From sequence record NC_105512.1: a DNA stretch of 64,000 nucleotides. The stretch is one strand, 5' to 3'. This document shows positions 48,950 through 59,673 of the stretch, in pieces (within the stretch, counting starts at the first letter, position 1; each line of letters opens with the position of its first letter). The notes beneath the pieces are model-generated. The model was not told the DNA's origin. It ran no database searches and worked only from the letters and a program-made list of their open reading frames with translations. The DNA comes from Escherichia phage JLBYU43. The position numbers and the translations under genes are program-made.

Positions 48950-50347
48950 TTAAGCAGTAATGGTGATAATCTTAGTACCCTTAACACCAGAACCGTCTTT
49001 AGCTAGAGCTTGAACAGTTACTGTACCAGTCTTCGTAGCATCAGCGGATAGCATACCAGTAGTACTGATAGTAGCTGCGGTGCCACTAACGATAGACCAA
49101 GTTACAGTCTTATTAGTAGCTCCAGCAGGTTCAACAGCAACACTCATCTGAAGAGTTTGGCTATTCCGAAGAGTAGCTACATTACCAGCAGAATTAACAG
49201 TAATCTTAGTTACTGCAATGGGTCCTGATTTACCGCCGTCACCAGTTGCAATCAGATTTGCAATAGTAGTTTTGGTGTACTTATTAGAGAAACCAAGGTA
49301 ACCTTCATCACCAGTATCCAGATCAGTAGGAATTGCTTTGAATTCTACAGAAGTACCAAGTACATCGTCAGTCTCAATAGTCGGGATGTTGACGTGAGCT
49401 TGCTTAGCAACTAGAACAGCAGCAGGGCGCTCATCATCATATTCACCACCAAGTACTAGAGCTATTTCGAAACGGTTAACTACTTTCAGGGTCTTAGCTA
49501 GATCTTTGTACAGATCCATAGAACCTAGAGCTTTATCGTTAAGATACGCAGTTAGAGAACCAGTTAATTCGAATGCACCAGTGAATGAACCAATTGGGAT
49601 GTTAACACGGGACATGACGTTAGGAGTCAGATAGGTGATGTTGTTGTTGATTGTAAAGCTACCACCAGTGATCGGAATGTCATATGCCTTACCAGTATCC
49701 ATATCCTTAATTTTGAGGATAGTCAGTTTGTTCTTGATATAAGAACCCTGGATAGTCATGTAAGTTTCATCATCAATACCTACAGTATCAGGATCAAATG
49801 GAGCAGCATCCAGAGGGATCAGCTGGTTACCATTACCTGACCAAGTTACACGACCGATATCTTCAATATCAACGTTTACTTCAGCCTGGTTGATCTGACA
49901 GGAATCAATATAGCTCCATGCTCTATCAGTAAGGATGTAAATATGTAGCATTGCCAGCTCGTGGTATGCGTTATCCTTAAAGTTAACCATGAAGTTAGCT
50001 CCATTAGTGTGAGCACCTGTATCACCATCTAGGTTGATAGGCTTACCACTAGAAAGAGCATGCCACAGCATGTAGTCCGGAACGATCTGCTTACTAGTAG
50101 TCTTATCTAAGTAAGGCAGTATGTAAGTAGAGAAACTCCACTCAGCTGCGTTCAGGGAGTCGTTGAAACGTTTTGAACCACGAGTTGGACGCGGACCAGC
50201 TTCACTAACAGTAATATCGGTTGAGTTACTGTCCTGACCCCAAGAAATATCATCTTGAACTAGAATCTCTTGCGTGTTGGTCTTATTGTGACCAGTCTTA
50301 ACCGTAGACACGAAGATTCGAGTATTACGTAATAGTTGTAAAGACAT
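48950..50347 (-). CDS. major tail tube protein (pb6-like) with C-terminal Ig-like domain
   Basis: 465 aa; C-terminal Big_2-like segment. Confidence 0.75.
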   Translation of the reverse strand: MSLQLLRNTRIFVSTVKTGHNKTNTQEILVQDDISWGQDSNSTDITVSEAGPRPTRGSKRFNDSLNAAEWSFSTYILPYLDKTTSKQIVPDYMLWHALSSGKPINLDGDTGAHTNGANFMVNFKDNAYHELAMLHIYILTDRAWSYIDSCQINQAEVNVDIEDIGRVTWSGNGNQLIPLDAAPFDPDTVGIDDETYMTIQGSYIKNKLTILKIKDMDTGKAYDIPITGGSFTINNNITYLTPNVMSRVNIPIGSFTGAFELTGSLTAYLNDKALGSMDLYKDLAKTLKVVNRFEIALVLGGEYDDERPAAVLVAKQAHVNIPTIETDDVLGTSVEFKAIPTDLDTGDEGYLGFSNKYTKTTIANLIATGDGGKSGPIAVTKITVNSAGNVATLRNSQTLQMSVAVEPAGATNKTVTWSIVSGTAATISTTGMLSADATKTGTVTVQALAKDGSGVKGTKIITITA

Positions 50348-50373
50348 TTATTTATATTCTCCTAATCTGTAAC

Positions 50374-50862
50374 TTATCTGCGAAGTGACCTACGTGGAGG
50401 CTGATACCTCACTGTTACATTTATTTCCGCTAAACCATATGGGGCCAGTAGACCCTCATCTGTAGCTACTGAGGTGATGCTCATATCAGTTGCCTCACAT
50501 GGGAAGGTCGATCCATTAGGTTTACTAACAGTATATTCTAAATTTCCACCTGTGTCAATGACGGTTTTTATGTCAGCTACGAGTTTTTCCAGAGAAGTTT
50601 GAATATCACCATCTTTCTCTTTGTCATACACGAGGATTGGAAGTTCTAAAAACATCCACTGTTGGCCTGAGGGAAGATACTGCCCAGTTTCAGTTCCGAT
50701 ATGGACTGCCACATAAGGAAATTCTCGGATTTCCTCGAATTTATAAGTTTGACGAGAAACGTTTCCATAAAGGTTATTGAAATACTCGTCAGGTTGTGAA
50801 CCATCCATTTGTGTGGCGATTCGGTCAACCACTGCTTGTGCAATACTTGTTCTGTGATCCAT
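50374..50862 (-). CDS. tail terminator/completion protein
   Basis: position between neck and tube genes. Confidence 0.4.
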   Translation of the reverse strand: MDHRTSIAQAVVDRIATQMDGSQPDEYFNNLYGNVSRQTYKFEEIREFPYVAVHIGTETGQYLPSGQQWMFLELPILVYDKEKDGDIQTSLEKLVADIKTVIDTGGNLEYTVSKPNGSTFPCEATDMSITSVATDEGLLAPYGLAEINVTVRYQPPRRSLRR

Positions 50863-50865
50863 TTA

Positions 50866-51633
50866 TTAGGTTCCTTGATTAACCTTGATTTTATATCTAG
50901 AGTGAATCAGGTCTCTTGCAGCTTTTGCGATTGCTTCCCCAATAAGTTTTTGAGGGTTTCGAGCGCCAGGGTAAGGTCGTAGAGAAAGTCTTCGATATGT
51001 AGAAACTGCGGGGTTGAACACAGAGTAAGGACGAACCATATAGTTATACGTCACATTCAGCTCTGGAGCACCTTTACTAGTTTCTGCATCACGTAGCATA
51101 ACGTCTTTAATCTTTAAGGAGTTAGCAAAGCGACCAGTTCTGAACTTCAATGGTGCCCCTGCTTTTTTCATATCCTTGATTAAATATTCCTTAGCTACTA
51201 TCTCAAGAATAGCACGCATGTTACTATTTGATACGAAACGACCGGAAGCACCTGTTACTGCACCTGAATAGCCATCTTCAGTATCTCTAGGATCTCCAAA
51301 GTTTACTTGAACTCTACCGGTAGAACGTTTTTTACCAACAGCAGAACGTTTGCCTGCGGTTGCTTGAATTAAATTCTCTAGAGCGCCTAAATCACCGGAA
51401 AGATCTAAGTTAGAAGAAACAGCCTTCAGTATAGATGCTGTCCTAACATTTAATAAGTCTTGTGATACTGGTTTTGAGAATTTGAAAGATACCTGTGCAA
51501 CTGTGCCATCTCTTGTAGGATCCTTCAAACCAGTCTCAACTGTATATACAACAGTATTCTTATTATTCTCAGATCGTCCTGCAGTATCTAGCTGCTCTTT
51601 AATAATTTGTCTAGCTAGATCAGAAAGAGCCAT
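50866..51633 (-). CDS. neck/head-completion protein
   Basis: position in connector module. Confidence 0.4.
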   Translation of the reverse strand: MALSDLARQIIKEQLDTAGRSENNKNTVVYTVETGLKDPTRDGTVAQVSFKFSKPVSQDLLNVRTASILKAVSSNLDLSGDLGALENLIQATAGKRSAVGKKRSTGRVQVNFGDPRDTEDGYSGAVTGASGRFVSNSNMRAILEIVAKEYLIKDMKKAGAPLKFRTGRFANSLKIKDVMLRDAETSKGAPELNVTYNYMVRPYSVFNPAVSTYRRLSLRPYPGARNPQKLIGEAIAKAARDLIHSRYKIKVNQGT

Positions 51634-52145
51634 TACACTCTCCTATATACTTCGACGATTGTACGAATATGTTCTGGAATACCAGACTTAGTACTATTAA
51701 ACGTAATTGTCTCCCCGCCAATAGTCTTAGCTTGACGATAATCTTGCTTATGCCAGTGATCTACTAACAGGCATGCTGCCAGCTTAAGATCTTCAGGCAT
51801 TGGATTGAAACCACCTTGAGTATATTCTACATCCATATACCCTTCTGGTGGACTAAATTTAAGGAGAATAACACCATCTGGGTACAGCTTAAACTGTTCT
51901 GAGGCTATTTCATTCTCATTAATAGTCATCTTTGTAATAGATGTGGCTGAAGGAGAACTCAGGAAATATTTCCTACGGCTAGGTTTTGTGGTAATTAATT
52001 GATCTACCGCATCTGCATCATCCATACCTAGAAGGCTTGTAATCAGCGTATTGGCAGCTTTAATCATCATCTCAACCTGAGTTTCCATATCAGGACGTTT
52101 TAAATTCCCATATAGTTTATAATCTTCAACAGTGATGATTTGCAT
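51633..52145 (-). CDS. head-tail adaptor protein
   Basis: RBS AGGAAA; position. Confidence 0.45.
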   Translation of the reverse strand: MQIITVEDYKLYGNLKRPDMETQVEMMIKAANTLITSLLGMDDADAVDQLITTKPSRRKYFLSSPSATSITKMTINENEIASEQFKLYPDGVILLKFSPPEGYMDVEYTQGGFNPMPEDLKLAACLLVDHWHKQDYRQAKTIGGETITFNSTKSGIPEHIRTIVEVYRRV

Positions 52146-52160
52146 TTATTTTTCCTAATA

Positions 52161-52188
52161 ATAAAAAAGGAGAGCCGAAGCTCTCCTT
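52161..52188 (-). terminator. Rho-independent terminator after inserted endonuclease gene
   Basis: stem AAGGAGAGC/GCTCTCCTT, loop TTCG, then TTTTTTATT on minus strand. Confidence 0.7.
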
Positions 52189-52202
52189 ATCGGCTGAAAA
52201 GC

Positions 52203-52802
52203 CTAACTAAACATATAGTCATAAACTATTTCTTTTATATCTGGTAAATATTTTTCTAAACAAGTCTCAGTATACCCATCAGGTAGTAAAGCAGGTGTAA
52301 GAAAGGATGAAGGGATTATTTCCTTTACTATATTTTCTATATCTAGAGCGTACTCCTTACTATATAATTCTATAGCAAAGATTATGTTATGAGTATACTT
52401 TGAATTCTTAGACTGTTCTGAAAGTCTCTTTTCTACACTTCTAGTAGTAATCCCATACTTTAAGGCTGAGTGTGAAGTACAACTTAATTTTTGTAAATAA
52501 AAGTAAGTGGGAGTAGAGTTAGTATTTATATTCTTACAATTAGTATTTAATAAGCATCTATTTTGAAAGCATTTCGGGCATCTAGATCCATTAGTAATAA
52601 AATTACGAATACTAGGAGTCCATACATTTCCATCAATGTTACATTTAAGTTGTATTTTAGACTCTGCATTTTTAAAAGTATATACTAGTCCTTCATAAGT
52701 ATAATTCTCTTTAGTGCATATATCTAAAATCTGAGATTCTCTAATCTCGTACGGAATTGCTTTTCCAGACATTAGTGTTATATCCTTAATGTTAGTATAC
52801 AA
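52203..52802 (-). CDS. homing endonuclease-like protein (T5orf172-like) inserted between capsid and adaptor genes
   Basis: CPKC zinc motif, LKYGITTRSVEKRLSEQ; track start is TTG 52802, ATG 52772 with RBS AAGGA is the alternative. Confidence 0.5.
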   Translation of the reverse strand: MYTNIKDITLMSGKAIPYEIRESQILDICTKENYTYEGLVYTFKNAESKIQLKCNIDGNVWTPSIRNFITNGSRCPKCFQNRCLLNTNCKNINTNSTPTYFYLQKLSCTSHSALKYGITTRSVEKRLSEQSKNSKYTHNIIFAIELYSKEYALDIENIVKEIIPSSFLTPALLPDGYTETCLEKYLPDIKEIVYDYMFS

Positions 52803-52850
52803 TAGCTACTAAATATAATAGCTATTGTATACACCTCTTATAAGAGGTGT
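52795..52850. repeat. two adjacent perfect palindromes
   Basis: 14-bp inverted repeat GTATACAATAGCTA / TAGCTATTGTATAC (10-nt spacer), then 20-bp palindrome ACACCTCTTATAAGAGGTGT. Confidence 0.8.
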
Positions 52851-52859
52851 ATTTTATTA

Positions 52860-54236
52860 TTAAGATGCAGCGTAAGCACCAGATACAACGCCGTTTTCGA
52901 AGTAACGTTGCAGGTTAACACGCTGGGTAACGTAGTATGCGTCACGCTGTTTGCCAGCTTGGCGCTCACGTTCAACAGTAACGGCACGCTGACGCGGCAT
53001 TACAAAGTTATCTTTATAAACAATAACTGCGAATTCAGCGGAAGCAGCTTTAGCTGGGAAGTACTCAGAAACTACAACCGGCAGACCGTAAATACGACCA
53101 ACCTGACCCTGCAGTTTAACAGCATCGTTACCAACCTGGGCAACATCCTGCCATTCTTCATCTTCCAGCAGATCGTAGTAAGCATCCATAGATACGATCA
53201 GTACCAGTTTGCTCAGTTTCAGACCGTGACGGCCCAGTTTACGACGCAGCTTGGAGATAGTCTTAGCAGTTACCAGAACAGAACCGTCAGCTTTAGCTTC
53301 GGTAACAACCTTAGCACCATCATCAGCAGCCAGTTTCAGCAGACCCTTAGGCTGACCAGTACCATTACCGGACATGAAAGCTTCTTCGATAGAAACAGCG
53401 TGTGCTTCGATCAGACGCTTACGCAGCAGAGGCAGCAGGGAGAAGATTGCATCTTCTTCAGTTTCATCAGTGATGAAGGATTTAGCAGCCAGCTTGTAAG
53501 TTTTGAAGCTGATTTCAGTCAGTTGACCTTTAACTTCGTCACCAACAGTTTCGTCAGTACCGAATTTGGAAGCATCTACCCAAGTAGCACGACCAGCTTC
53601 TGGTTCAACGAGCATAGTAAGGATTTTGCTGGACATTGGCAGTTCATCGAACAGTGCACCAACTACCAGTTCCTTCTGCAGGTCACGGATAATACGGGTA
53701 GAGAAGATAGTTTCGTATGCTTCGCTAGACATGGAAACGGAAGAAGAACCGTTAACAGCTTTAACGTGAGCCTTACCATGTTCAGTTTCAAATACGTCCT
53801 TCTCCATCATATAAGACAGAAGAACCAGTTTTTCAACTTCATCTTCAAAAGCTTCCTGAGTACCATACAGTGCTTTAGCTACGCTATCACCGACGAAGGA
53901 ACGTCCTTCACGAGCTGCCAGCAGAGATTTGATTTCGTCCTGAAGACCAACAATAGTTTCCTGCTGTTTTTCTACAGTCTGTGCAAACAGTTCTGCGCTC
54001 TTCTTAGATTTTTCATCCAGGGATTTAACCAGTTCCAGAGCTTCTTCTAGCTTCTGACGATCTTCGCCAACTGCTTTAGAAACCAGATCATTCATACGAG
54101 CCAGTTCTTTTTCTTCCTGCTCTTTACGCATACGTTCAGCTTCAGCAGCTTTCTGAGCAGCGGTAAGACCTTCCAGAGATTTAGCCAGATCACCCAGACC
54201 AAGTTCTTCTTTCAGCTTATTAATATCAATAGTCAT
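52860..54236 (-). CDS. major capsid protein precursor (HK97 fold, pb8-like, 458 aa)
   Basis: N-terminal coiled-coil scaffold-like segment, HK97-like core; optimal codons. Confidence 0.9.
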   Translation of the reverse strand: MTIDINKLKEELGLGDLAKSLEGLTAAQKAAEAERMRKEQEEKELARMNDLVSKAVGEDRQKLEEALELVKSLDEKSKKSAELFAQTVEKQQETIVGLQDEIKSLLAAREGRSFVGDSVAKALYGTQEAFEDEVEKLVLLSYMMEKDVFETEHGKAHVKAVNGSSSVSMSSEAYETIFSTRIIRDLQKELVVGALFDELPMSSKILTMLVEPEAGRATWVDASKFGTDETVGDEVKGQLTEISFKTYKLAAKSFITDETEEDAIFSLLPLLRKRLIEAHAVSIEEAFMSGNGTGQPKGLLKLAADDGAKVVTEAKADGSVLVTAKTISKLRRKLGRHGLKLSKLVLIVSMDAYYDLLEDEEWQDVAQVGNDAVKLQGQVGRIYGLPVVVSEYFPAKAASAEFAVIVYKDNFVMPRQRAVTVERERQAGKQRDAYYVTQRVNLQRYFENGVVSGAYAAS

Positions 54237-54253
54237 TTTTAAATAATTCTCCG

Positions 54254-54886
54254 TTATTCTTTAACGTAGCCTAAAGCTATCGCAAGTTTTTCTAGTTCAG
54301 AAAGATTACGTTCTTGAGCTGGGACAGCTTTAGAACTTATTGCAGTAAAAGATTTACGCCATTCAGTATAATCATGACCATTCATACTCTTAGCGAGGTT
54401 GAATGTTGAGTCCTGATTACAAGGTACAGAAACTACCGAAACTTCGTATAGTTCTAAATCTTTAATAATAAATATATCAGTAGCTTCATCCCACTCTGCA
54501 TCTAGGCAGCGGAATCCGATACTAAAAGTTTTCAGTACACCGTTTTTAATTAGTGAAAAGATAGCCGGATCAGAACTTTCATAGATCTCGCATTCGATTT
54601 CGAGACCCATTTCAGTAGGGTTAAGATCAATACACTTGCCGATTGGACGACGATGGTCGTGTCCGAAAAGAATAATCGGGTTTTTCATGTAGTTAGCAAG
54701 TGCATTAGATGTTTTCCATGCCGAAGCAGGAATTACATCACCAGCGCGATCTTTACTAATTGTATTAGCGAATCCACGGATTTTTACAACACCCTCTTTG
54801 GATTCGCTATCAATAGATTTAATATAAGCATCTAAATGAACCGGTGCTGATTTTAACTTGTTATAGTCAATAGCAGCTTGTGTCAT
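54254..54886 (-). CDS. prohead protease (pb11-like, 210 aa)
   Basis: HK97-family protease pattern with GHDH. Confidence 0.8.
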   Translation of the reverse strand: MTQAAIDYNKLKSAPVHLDAYIKSIDSESKEGVVKIRGFANTISKDRAGDVIPASAWKTSNALANYMKNPIILFGHDHRRPIGKCIDLNPTEMGLEIECEIYESSDPAIFSLIKNGVLKTFSIGFRCLDAEWDEATDIFIIKDLELYEVSVVSVPCNQDSTFNLAKSMNGHDYTEWRKSFTAISSKAVPAQERNLSELEKLAIALGYVKE

Positions 54887-54889
54887 TTA

Positions 54890-55378
54890 TTAGCCTCCAA
54901 CACCAGGTGCAGTTGGGGTAGCTTTTACTGCTGCAGACTTAGTAGATTCTCCCGCCCCATTAACAGCTACTGCCTGGAAAGTATACTCTTTTGCTTCTAG
55001 GGTAGAAATAGTACCTGTTTTAGAAGACCCAGAATTATGGGTTTTTGGAGTAGTTCCATCAGTATAGTATACTTTATACTGGGTGATTGGTGAGCCGGTA
55101 TTAGTACCATCAGTAATTGTATAAGTTACTGAGTTTTCACCCGGAGTTACCTGCAACGTAGGGGCTCCAGGGACAACGTCTACTGGACCAGCCTTACCAT
55201 AAGCCTCTACAAATTTCTTCCATACTTTGCGGTTAGTATGCGCAGATGAAAGTCCCAATTCTCTACGCAGAAAAGCATAGCTAGGAACATATTTATGCGC
55301 AGCAACCGTAGCAAAGAAGATATGAGATTCTGGCAGTTTTTCACCAAAAATGGTCTTTAGACCACTATAATCAATCAT
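54890..55378 (-). CDS. head decoration protein (pb10-like)
   Basis: C-terminal Ig/FN3-like Thr/Gly-rich domain. Confidence 0.55.
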   Translation of the reverse strand: MIDYSGLKTIFGEKLPESHIFFATVAAHKYVPSYAFLRRELGLSSAHTNRKVWKKFVEAYGKAGPVDVVPGAPTLQVTPGENSVTYTITDGTNTGSPITQYKVYYTDGTTPKTHNSGSSKTGTISTLEAKEYTFQAVAVNGAGESTKSAAVKATPTAPGVGG

Positions 55379-56592
55379 TCTTTATCTCCCTCGGTGGAAC
55401 CTTGAGGTCTACCACCTTCTTGACCAGATACGCCTGTTGCAGAACCAGCAACGTTAGCAGGAATACGAATCTTATTCATCTGCTCATCATCTAAAGGTTC
55501 AAGGTTCAGCTCTAAACGAGCTTCGTTACCAGTTATAATACCATTATTAACCAATGAGGTTAAATGTTTAGCCTCAGATTCTTTATCTGGTGTTAATGCA
55601 GCTACTTCCTTAGTATTAGGAGTAATCTTATAACCAAAAAAGAAAGTAAGAGAACTAGTCAGTTTGTTCAGCATAGGGATGATAGTCATATAATAGAACA
55701 GTTCGATGTTTGGTCGAATGTTCGCATTATTACCCCCATCAAGTAGCACCTGCGGAACACCAAAGGCTAGACAGATAGATTTATTAAATCCTTCGATGTC
55801 TTCCTTAAAGTCTAGATCTTTAAAAGAGGATATTTGGGAGTACGGTTTAGCTTTCATACCACCATCTAGAATCAGGACAGAGGACTGACCAGTACTAGGA
55901 TTATAATCTAGTTGTAATTCTTCTTGTTTACGCTCACGCAATTTCTTGTTCAGGATTTCATCCGTCTCAAGAATAAGACCAATCACGGTTCCGTTATCTA
56001 GGAACTTCTCTTTAAAGTTAAGCATCTTAGAACGCTTCTCCAGAGAATCAATAACAGTAGCAACACGAGATTGTCCAGAAATTTGAGAATTTGTGCCGCA
56101 CACGTAACTGTTATCCTTTATAAAGATAATCTCATCTACGCGATAGTCTATCTGATTATTAAATATAAATTTTTTGATAAACTTATTGGCATCTGCCTCT
56201 ACTTGCATTAATGCAGCAGGGACATGGTAAAGTGCTGTGCCATCCCAATAGATGTATGCACAACCTTCAAAAAGTAGGTCAGTGACTACAAGTCTACGGA
56301 ATGTGCTTATATCCATGAATGGATTAGGTCGTACATTTAAGAGAGTGTCTAGAGTCTTTGCCTTGACGCCGTTAGCGTACGTGACAATATTATATTTATC
56401 TCCGACAGTATAAGAACACTCCGCCGCACTATCTATAACCATATTAGCAGTTCTATTGAGAATCTCAATTTTACTGTAGGCTTGTCCAGTGGTAAAAGGC
56501 TTACGGTTAGTGCGATGACTAACTGGTTCCATGTCTCTTATAATACGTTGACCCGGATTTAGCTTTTCAGTAATCCAGCTTTTAAAACCCAT
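55375..56592 (-). CDS. portal protein (pb7-like, 405 aa)
   Basis: size and position between terminase and protease. Confidence 0.8.
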   Translation of the reverse strand: MGFKSWITEKLNPGQRIIRDMEPVSHRTNRKPFTTGQAYSKIEILNRTANMVIDSAAECSYTVGDKYNIVTYANGVKAKTLDTLLNVRPNPFMDISTFRRLVVTDLLFEGCAYIYWDGTALYHVPAALMQVEADANKFIKKFIFNNQIDYRVDEIIFIKDNSYVCGTNSQISGQSRVATVIDSLEKRSKMLNFKEKFLDNGTVIGLILETDEILNKKLRERKQEELQLDYNPSTGQSSVLILDGGMKAKPYSQISSFKDLDFKEDIEGFNKSICLAFGVPQVLLDGGNNANIRPNIELFYYMTIIPMLNKLTSSLTFFFGYKITPNTKEVAALTPDKESEAKHLTSLVNNGIITGNEARLELNLEPLDDEQMNKIRIPANVAGSATGVSGQEGGRPQGSTEGDKE

Positions 56593-57029
56593 TATAAGAA
56601 CCTTGCGAATCCTGATTTTGTTTCAGTCTTGACTTGTGTCTTTTCTTGAGGATTCTGTAATTTGTCTTTCTGCTTTTGAACCCACACTTTTTGCTTATTA
56701 GCAGAAAATAAAGGAGGTTCTTTTGTGTAAACCTTATGTAATAATTGGTGATGATGCTGGCATAATGTTACTACGTCTCTAACTAATTCATGCTCATATT
56801 TCTTATAGAATGCTTCCCTATTTGAAAGGACGATATTCTCATCAGTGAAATCCAGCTGGAGTTCTTTAGCAAAATTTTTAATTAGTTGAGATATAGTATG
56901 ATAGTGATGAAGTTCTAGGGCTTCATCACTACCGCATATAGCACAGCAACCATCCTTACTATACCTAGATTTTATACCATCCCTCATTATGGAAATGGCA
57001 TCACGTTTGTACTTAGTATTAGTGGCCAT
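56592..57029 (-). CDS. HNH endonuclease
   Basis: CAICGS...LELHHYH...CQHHHQLLH; ATG 57029 with RBS GGAGG. Confidence 0.7.
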   Translation of the reverse strand: MATNTKYKRDAISIMRDGIKSRYSKDGCCAICGSDEALELHHYHTISQLIKNFAKELQLDFTDENIVLSNREAFYKKYEHELVRDVVTLCQHHHQLLHKVYTKEPPLFSANKQKVWVQKQKDKLQNPQEKTQVKTETKSGFARFL

Positions 57030-57693
57030 ATTCCTCCAATCCAAAGTTACTTAGAAAGACTACTATATCCTCTGGAGCAACATTAAAAAATTCTGTGCTT
57101 CCTGTAAATTTTGAAAACCCACAGTTTTTATTATAATATTCTCTATGGACTTCTTTTTCTAAATCTAGAGCAGTTTCTCTATCAGGTAAGTGATACGTGG
57201 TAAATAAGTATAGATCTGAAAATCCAGACTCTCTTTTAACCTCGTTCAATCGCTTCTCGGGGTATAAACTTATACCTACTTTAGTACCCATAGAAGAGGA
57301 CATGATATAGAGAAATCCACCATTATCCCATTTAAGGGAGCAATAAGGACATCTTCTACCTTGCGTCAACCCATCTAAGGTAATATAGCATTCATGACCA
57401 TTATTACAGCGTAGATGTAGTTTTGTTTTTGCATTAGTATAGTTATTTAACAGTGTATACCCTATACTGGATATCCTGTTATTAACTTCATCTAGCAATA
57501 TAGTATTAGGTGCGCAGTGTGGGCAACCCCTCTTAATATGGAGTATAGAATGTGGCGTTGCTTCCCAAACGTGTGCTCTTTGGCACTTAAATACTGTTTT
57601 TGTACGTTGGTTTACATATTCACCGACAATTTGGATTCCACGATCAGCTAATCTAGTATTTATATCTTTTATTGTTAGCTTTTGTCGACCCAT
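57019..57693 (-). CDS. homing endonuclease-like protein (zinc-finger repeats + T5orf172-like domain)
   Basis: CPHC/CPYC motifs, C-terminal GTKVGISLYPEKRL...EFFNV; paralog of 3881-4744. Confidence 0.6.
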   Translation of the reverse strand: MGRQKLTIKDINTRLADRGIQIVGEYVNQRTKTVFKCQRAHVWEATPHSILHIKRGCPHCAPNTILLDEVNNRISSIGYTLLNNYTNAKTKLHLRCNNGHECYITLDGLTQGRRCPYCSLKWDNGGFLYIMSSSMGTKVGISLYPEKRLNEVKRESGFSDLYLFTTYHLPDRETALDLEKEVHREYYNKNCGFSKFTGSTEFFNVAPEDIVVFLSNFGLEEYGH

Positions 57694-57826
57694 AGAATCT
57701 CCTACACTCCGTATAGAGCACTAATTTTTCTTGTTTACGTTCTATTAGGGGAGAAGTTCTCCCGATCAATGAATATAGTATACATAATCATGTCGAATTT
57801 GTAAAGGGGATTTTAAAATGCAGGAA

Positions 57827-57852
57827 TGGGATACCAACTGAGTAGTATCCCA
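57827..57852 (-). terminator. hairpin downstream of terminase gene
   Basis: 8-bp stem TGGGATAC/GTATCCCA; weak U-tract. Confidence 0.3.
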
Positions 57853-57864
57853 TCCTATACTTAC

Positions 57865-59181
57865 TTATTTACCACGGGAAATAGAGTAAATTCCGTAGCG
57901 CAGCGCATCACAAAGGTGAGAGTTAGCATCATGACGTGGTTTTTCACGTGATAATTTTTCCTCACCTTCTTGGAAATCCCACTTATAGTTCTGCAATGCA
58001 TGGATTAGTGAGGAACATGAAGCATCTACAATAATCTTACCCTGTTGGAATAGTGCTTGTAAACATGCTAGACCGTCTAGGACAGACTTTTTAGCTGGAG
58101 CTGATGCAATTTCATGTTCATAGGCTAAGTCCTGGCGGAACTGAGCTGCGGCAGAGTCAACAAAAACACGATCAACTTTATAGCGATCTATGCAGTGCTG
58201 AATATAAGCAGCATGCTGAGCTGTAGTTTTCTCTGCCTGCTGGTACTCTTCTAGTACATAGTAAGTATCTGTATCATAATGATACTTGATAGTAAGAACT
58301 GCTGTAGGATCACGATAACCAACGTCAATACCAAGCAACGTTTCGAATGCTTCATCATCTTTAAAGAAGTGACGCATACCTTTAAGGTCTTTAACATGAT
58401 CAATAGCATTAAAGGTATCAAAGATCTGACCTTCGAATACAGAGAAGTCAGCCTCGTATTCTTGGCGGAAGTAGTTTTTACTAACAGTACGACGTGCTTC
58501 CTCAATATCATTCAGGTCAGCACGTGGATTATCACGATATGTACCATGAATAGATACCCAGTTAGGCAACGTATCATCAAACCCATAGGCATAAAATTCT
58601 TTAAACCAGTTACCGCCACGAGGGGTAGAGATAAATAGAGCCTTAGAATTAGGTTTATCTAGGGTAGGACGCAACTGAACCCTGAAGGCATCACCACCCA
58701 CATCAGAAATTGCCGCCTCGTCAAAGATGATAAAGTCATATGAACGTCCAACTGCGGAGTCAGCCTGAGCTGCAGAAGCTAGTTTAAACAGTGAGCCGTT
58801 TGCCAACTCAATTTCTTTATCTTTAGCATTCTCACGTTCAGTTTGTAGGCCGTACTTTTTAATAAGACCACGAATCTGAGACCACCCGATGTTGGCCAGT
58901 GAGTAGTTAGGGGCAACTACTAGCACCTTCACATTAGGTTCCAGCAATTTTAGGAACCCAAGGGTATACGCGATGAAGGATTTACCTACACGGCGTGATA
59001 CACACGCTGTTACAAAACGATGTCTAGGGTCCTCTAGAGCATTAATAATTGCTATTTGAGGACCATTAGGTGTAATACCTTCTTGTGCTAGTATTCCCGA
59101 AACAGGTAGACGAAAGAAACGTTTATCTATTCCGAAATCAATAACATCTACTGTGTTAACGTAGGGTCTTGATACTTCCAT
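57865..59181 (-). CDS. terminase large subunit (438 aa)
   Basis: Walker A VSRRVGKS, C-terminal nuclease fold. Confidence 0.9.
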   Translation of the reverse strand: MEVSRPYVNTVDVIDFGIDKRFFRLPVSGILAQEGITPNGPQIAIINALEDPRHRFVTACVSRRVGKSFIAYTLGFLKLLEPNVKVLVVAPNYSLANIGWSQIRGLIKKYGLQTERENAKDKEIELANGSLFKLASAAQADSAVGRSYDFIIFDEAAISDVGGDAFRVQLRPTLDKPNSKALFISTPRGGNWFKEFYAYGFDDTLPNWVSIHGTYRDNPRADLNDIEEARRTVSKNYFRQEYEADFSVFEGQIFDTFNAIDHVKDLKGMRHFFKDDEAFETLLGIDVGYRDPTAVLTIKYHYDTDTYYVLEEYQQAEKTTAQHAAYIQHCIDRYKVDRVFVDSAAAQFRQDLAYEHEIASAPAKKSVLDGLACLQALFQQGKIIVDASCSSLIHALQNYKWDFQEGEEKLSREKPRHDANSHLCDALRYGIYSISRGK

Positions 59182-59663
59182 TACTTCTTACCTCCCGTAG
59201 CTAGGGAAGTAATTAAGTCCATATAGTTTTGATCCCCAGCTCCAGCAATAATATTATTCTGGATGTTGGTCTGATTGGCTGGAGTACGGGCTGCTGCCTT
59301 CACTTTCTCCAATTCTACCATCATTTTCATCTCTTCCATCTTCATTTTATGTGCTTTCCAGAGAATATCCATAATATCTTGGTCAGAACCCATGCCGGTT
59401 TCTTCCAGTTCCTCCAGCTTACGCTTAATAACTTCATCCAGAACACCGAACAAACGGTCTCTGTTACGGAAACCACTCTCCATAAAAATATCATTTAAGT
59501 AGTTCTTAACTTCACTACGATTCATAATATCTCGGAAAGCAATTTCTGACATTCCAAGACTACGTGCGGCAGAAGGCACATCGCTGCCACACTGTAAATA
59601 AGCTTCAATCACATCCATCCCTTCAGGGGACATAAGATCTGGTACTAATACATCATTTGCCAT
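59181..59663 (-). CDS. putative terminase small subunit
   Basis: HTH-like [20 protein letters not shown]; immediately upstream of TerL. Confidence 0.45.
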
Positions 59664-59673
59664 ATTTCCTCCT

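Noticed and set aside
52908-54050. 380-aa plus-strand ORF
   Set aside because: Antisense to the major capsid gene, which has a clear HK97-type product and optimal codons; the antisense ORF has Phe/Ser/Asn-rich low-complexity composition and no RBS.
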